Assembly: GCA_965113315.1 (NCBI GenBank)
Contig: OZ220369.1
Direction: 5' to 3' (one strand)
Origin: Podarcis vaucheri
Taxonomy: Eukaryota
Length of the DNA: 64,000 nucleotides
The notes under the pieces were generated by a model, which was not told the origin of the DNA, did not search any database, and saw only the letters and a list, made by a program, of their open reading frames with translations. Shown here one piece after another: positions 62,912-64,000 of this stretch. The position numbers were made by a program, and so were the translations under genes. Positions within the stretch are counted from its first letter, which is position 1, and each line of letters opens with the position of its first letter.

Positions 62912-63972
62912 GAAAGCAGTTAACTAAATTGCTTTTAAAAAAAGTTTATGCATCTGCTCTTCTGGTTTATCAACAGCACTTGCCAACTGCTCTGATCGTC
63001 ACACAATAAGTGTGACAGTATATAGACAGTTGCATACTAGAACAACCAGTCAGAATAACCCAGCACCACCCTGCCTTGGAATGCAACCTCACTTGATGCC
63101 ACCTTGCATTTCCTTACACTGTTTGGTACAAGCACAAGAAAGGAGAAGTGGAAGCTGGTACTTCTCCGGGCATACATGCTTGGCTTTTTCACCAATTTCA
63201 CTTTTTCCTGCTTAGGTTGCACCTAAAACCTGCCTGCCCTATCATGACTCTACTCAAATTCTAATGTGGATCCAGATACAGCTTCTATTACACCCTAAGA
63301 ATTTTTACTTCCAAATATATTTTAAACAGGACTAACAAGTGGTTCTAGGAAACTCAGATTAATGGAAAAATTGTTGCCTGTAGTTACCTCATTTAATTAA
63401 GAAAGAAGGGAATATTTTGGATCAGTGACCCGCAGATCAACTACTTTCAGAGTCCAGGTCAATAGAACTGACATAAGGAAGCAGATTTCATGTTTCTTAA
63501 TTACCTCTTAAGATTTTTTGGGTGGGTGTGTTGTATTAGATTTATATTGTGAGCTCAGAGCAGCTTGCATATGGTTCCCATGTTGTCTTCCCTTTCTGGA
63601 AGGGCTCAAGGAGAGCTGTATCTTATGTCTTCAGAACATTCTATTAGCCACAAAGATCAGGCAAGATTTTCAAGATCTGGGGTGTTTCCCCTCCCTCCAA
63701 ACATCAGCGGAGGCAACTACAAGGATGATCCTTGAATGAGTTAACTGGACCTTGAACTGTAGTCCCTTCTGGCCCTTGGATTCTACAACTTAAGCAACTA
63801 AATCCAGGAGAAGGATGAAAACTAAAGTCTCTTATAGACAACTCAGGAATCAGATTATACTAAAACTGAAGTAAAATCTGGTATGTGTGTCTATAATACT
63901 ATACAAATTTATCTTACCAAAACCTCGTAGATCTGGGTTGAAGGAGTTTAGCAAAGCAAGGCCAAAAATAAC
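21029..63972 (-). CDS. CNOT1: CNOT1, CCR4-NOT scaffold subunit 1, exons 6-49 (5' exons outside window)
   Basis: 44 exons, 6753 nt in one frame ending [25 protein letters not shown]; peptides match vertebrate CNOT1 throughout. Confidence 0.98.
21228..21362 (-). CDS. CNOT1: CNOT1 exon 48
   Basis: [24 protein letters not shown]. Confidence 0.93.
21951..22083 (-). CDS. CNOT1: CNOT1 exon 47
   Basis: [27 protein letters not shown]. Confidence 0.93.
22956..23136 (-). CDS. CNOT1: CNOT1 exon 46
   Basis: [27 protein letters not shown]. Confidence 0.93.
23214..23469. mobile_element. Tigger/pogo-like MITE, young
   Basis: TA TSD; 19-bp TIR CAGTGGTGCCTCGCAAGAC / GTCTTGTGAGGCACCACTG; internal CGCAAGAC repeats; CpG-rich. 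Confidence 0.88.
24184..24333 (-). CDS. CNOT1: CNOT1 exon 45
   Basis: [20 protein letters not shown]. Confidence 0.93.
25251..25424 (-). CDS. CNOT1: CNOT1 exon 44
   Basis: [25 protein letters not shown]. Confidence 0.93.
25695..25796 (-). CDS. CNOT1: CNOT1 exon 43
   Basis: [26 protein letters not shown]. Confidence 0.93.
27266..27383 (-). CDS. CNOT1: CNOT1 exon 42
   Basis: [29 protein letters not shown]. Confidence 0.93.
28534..28697 (-). CDS. CNOT1: CNOT1 exon 41
   Basis: [29 protein letters not shown].. Confidence 0.93.
29282..29530 (-). CDS. CNOT1: CNOT1 exon 40
   Basis: [23 protein letters not shown]. Confidence 0.93.
30320..30689 (-). mobile_element. Sauria SINE, full length, young, with TSD
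   Basis: Same family as 282-644, CpGs intact, (ACCTTT)4 tail; TSD TTATGCAGAATA at 30308-30319 and 30690-30701. Confidence 0.93.
32375..32606 (-). CDS. CNOT1: CNOT1 exon 39
   Basis: [20 protein letters not shown]. Confidence 0.92.
33856..34025 (-). CDS. CNOT1: CNOT1 exon 38
   Basis: [22 protein letters not shown]. Confidence 0.93.
34116..34224 (-). CDS. CNOT1: CNOT1 exon 37
   Basis: [25 protein letters not shown]. Confidence 0.93.
35666..35808 (-). CDS. CNOT1: CNOT1 exon 36
   Basis: [29 protein letters not shown]. Confidence 0.93.
36397..36588 (-). CDS. CNOT1: CNOT1 exon 35
   Basis: [20 protein letters not shown]. Confidence 0.93.
37071..37190 (-). CDS. CNOT1: CNOT1 exon 34
   Basis: [26 protein letters not shown]. 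Confidence 0.93.
37294..37398 (-). CDS. CNOT1: CNOT1 exon 33
   Basis: [22 protein letters not shown]. Confidence 0.93.
37481..37621 (-). CDS. CNOT1: CNOT1 exon 32
   Basis: [28 protein letters not shown]. Confidence 0.93.
39235..39531 (-). CDS. CNOT1: CNOT1 exon 31
   Basis: [27 protein letters not shown]. Confidence 0.93.
39657..39787 (-). CDS. CNOT1: CNOT1 exon 30
   Basis: [30 protein letters not shown]. Confidence 0.93.
40264..40441 (-). CDS. CNOT1: CNOT1 exon 29
   Basis: [19 protein letters not shown]. Confidence 0.93.
40726..40803 (-). CDS. CNOT1: CNOT1 exon 28
   Basis: [26 protein letters not shown]. Confidence 0.93.
41262..41372 (-). CDS. CNOT1: CNOT1 exon 27
   Basis: [33 protein letters not shown].. 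Confidence 0.93.
41569..41685 (-). CDS. CNOT1: CNOT1 exon 26
   Basis: [30 protein letters not shown]. Confidence 0.93.
42457..42636 (-). CDS. CNOT1: CNOT1 exon 25
   Basis: [32 protein letters not shown].. Confidence 0.93.
42960..43085 (-). mobile_element. L2 LINE 3' end
   Basis: ttattatttatatcccacccatctgg..cccagctactctgggtggctt, typical lacertid L2 tail. Confidence 0.6.
43642..43782 (-). CDS. CNOT1: CNOT1 exon 24
   Basis: [18 protein letters not shown]; GC donor. Confidence 0.92.
44439..44669 (-). CDS. CNOT1: CNOT1 exon 23
   Basis: [22 protein letters not shown]. Confidence 0.93.
45772..45850 (-). CDS. CNOT1: CNOT1 exon 22
   Basis: [26 protein letters not shown]. Confidence 0.93.
46041..46290 (-). 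mobile_element. CR1 LINE 3' end
   Basis: aagaagaacctgctg..aaaggcccatctagtc.., reverse of the family at 1430-1643. Confidence 0.7.
47986..48272 (-). CDS. CNOT1: CNOT1 exon 21
   Basis: [19 protein letters not shown]. Confidence 0.93.
49092..49216 (-). CDS. CNOT1: CNOT1 exon 20
   Basis: [33 protein letters not shown]. Confidence 0.93.
49387..50628 (-). mobile_element. DIRS1-type tyrosine-recombinase retrotransposon relic (internally deleted)
   Basis: Decayed YR peptides [16 protein letters not shown] and [21 protein letters not shown] on minus; ICR-like block 49607-49681 complementary to both element ends. Confidence 0.75.
51831..51974 (-). CDS. CNOT1: CNOT1 exon 19 (alt. end 51846, alt. start 51971)
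   Basis: [28 protein letters not shown](SKMKP). Confidence 0.9.
52249..52453 (-). CDS. CNOT1: CNOT1 exon 18
   Basis: [21 protein letters not shown]. Confidence 0.93.
53016..53151 (-). ncRNA. SNORA50: H/ACA snoRNA SNORA50 (ACA50 family) in CNOT1 intron 17
   Basis: 136 nt; two hairpins (AGCACCAT/ATGGTGCT and CTTGTT/AACAAG); ACA box 3 nt from 3' end; blocks CTTTGAACCTGA, CTTGTTATAACTGGGGCTC and CTGCTCTTTTAAAAACAAGG match human ACA50 as recalled; same host gene. Confidence 0.92.
53282..53432 (-). CDS. CNOT1: CNOT1 exon 17
   Basis: [28 protein letters not shown]. Confidence 0.93.
54148..54299 (-). CDS. CNOT1: CNOT1 exon 16
   Basis: [22 protein letters not shown]. Confidence 0.93.
54525..54647 (-). 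CDS. CNOT1: CNOT1 exon 15
   Basis: [30 protein letters not shown]. Confidence 0.93.
55955..56074 (-). CDS. CNOT1: CNOT1 exon 14
   Basis: [23 protein letters not shown]. Confidence 0.93.
57099..57339 (-). CDS. CNOT1: CNOT1 exon 13
   Basis: [19 protein letters not shown]. Confidence 0.93.
57911..58038 (-). CDS. CNOT1: CNOT1 exon 12
   Basis: [27 protein letters not shown]. Confidence 0.93.
58350..58613 (+). mobile_element. Sauria SINE, 5'-truncated, different subfamily
   Basis: caacctagcagttcgaaagcac..gggaaggtaaacgg..ggtcaggggtccctctaccttt. Confidence 0.85.
58678..58848 (-). CDS. CNOT1: CNOT1 exon 11
   Basis: [23 protein letters not shown]. Confidence 0.93.
59915..60025 (-). CDS. CNOT1: CNOT1 exon 10
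   Basis: [28 protein letters not shown]. Confidence 0.93.
60400..60930 (-). mobile_element. L2 LINE ORF2 (RT C-terminal) relic
   Basis: Minus-strand [32 protein letters not shown] resembles L2 ORF2 motifs; frameshifted. Confidence 0.7.
61086..61212 (-). CDS. CNOT1: CNOT1 exon 9
   Basis: [17 protein letters not shown]. Confidence 0.93.
61613..61781 (-). CDS. CNOT1: CNOT1 exon 8
   Basis: [22 protein letters not shown]. Confidence 0.93.
62662..62865 (-). CDS. CNOT1: CNOT1 exon 7
   Basis: [26 protein letters not shown]; GC donor. Confidence 0.92.
62871..62907. repeat. (AG)18 microsatellite
   Basis: Direct; serves as (CT)n polypyrimidine tract of CNOT1 exon 7. Confidence 0.95.
63918..63972 (-). 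CDS. CNOT1: CNOT1 exon 6
   Basis: [18 protein letters not shown]. Confidence 0.92.
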
Positions 63973-64000
63973 CTACAAATAGAAGAAAGAACTGTATTAT

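Overview
Vertebrate (squamate, probably lacertid lizard, judged from Sauria SINEs) genomic DNA with the conserved synteny NDRG4(+) - SETD6(+) - CNOT1(-). It holds the last coding exon and long 3'UTR of NDRG4 (1862-~5865) and the complete 9-exon SETD6 gene (CpG-island promoter; 455 aa; one GC-AG intron). It also holds CNOT1 exons 6-49 on the minus strand (human numbering; 6753 coding nt in frame to TAG; two GC-AG introns), with an intronic H/ACA snoRNA (SNORA50) in intron 17. Introns and spacers carry three Sauria SINEs, CR1 and L2 LINE ends, hAT and Tigger-like MITEs with target-site duplications, a Penelope GIY-YIG relic with a decayed hammerhead ribozyme and a DIRS tyrosine-recombinase relic. 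The best leads are RNA-processing signals: a splicing hotspot in CNOT1 intron 19 (tandem donors, hairpin, candidate 57-nt in-frame exon), an open read-through after exon 31, a back-to-back AATAAA/TTTATT site between the convergent SETD6 and CNOT1 3' ends, and a non-canonical H box in SNORA50. No wholly novel gene system is supported. Comparisons with human sequences are from memory and need checking.
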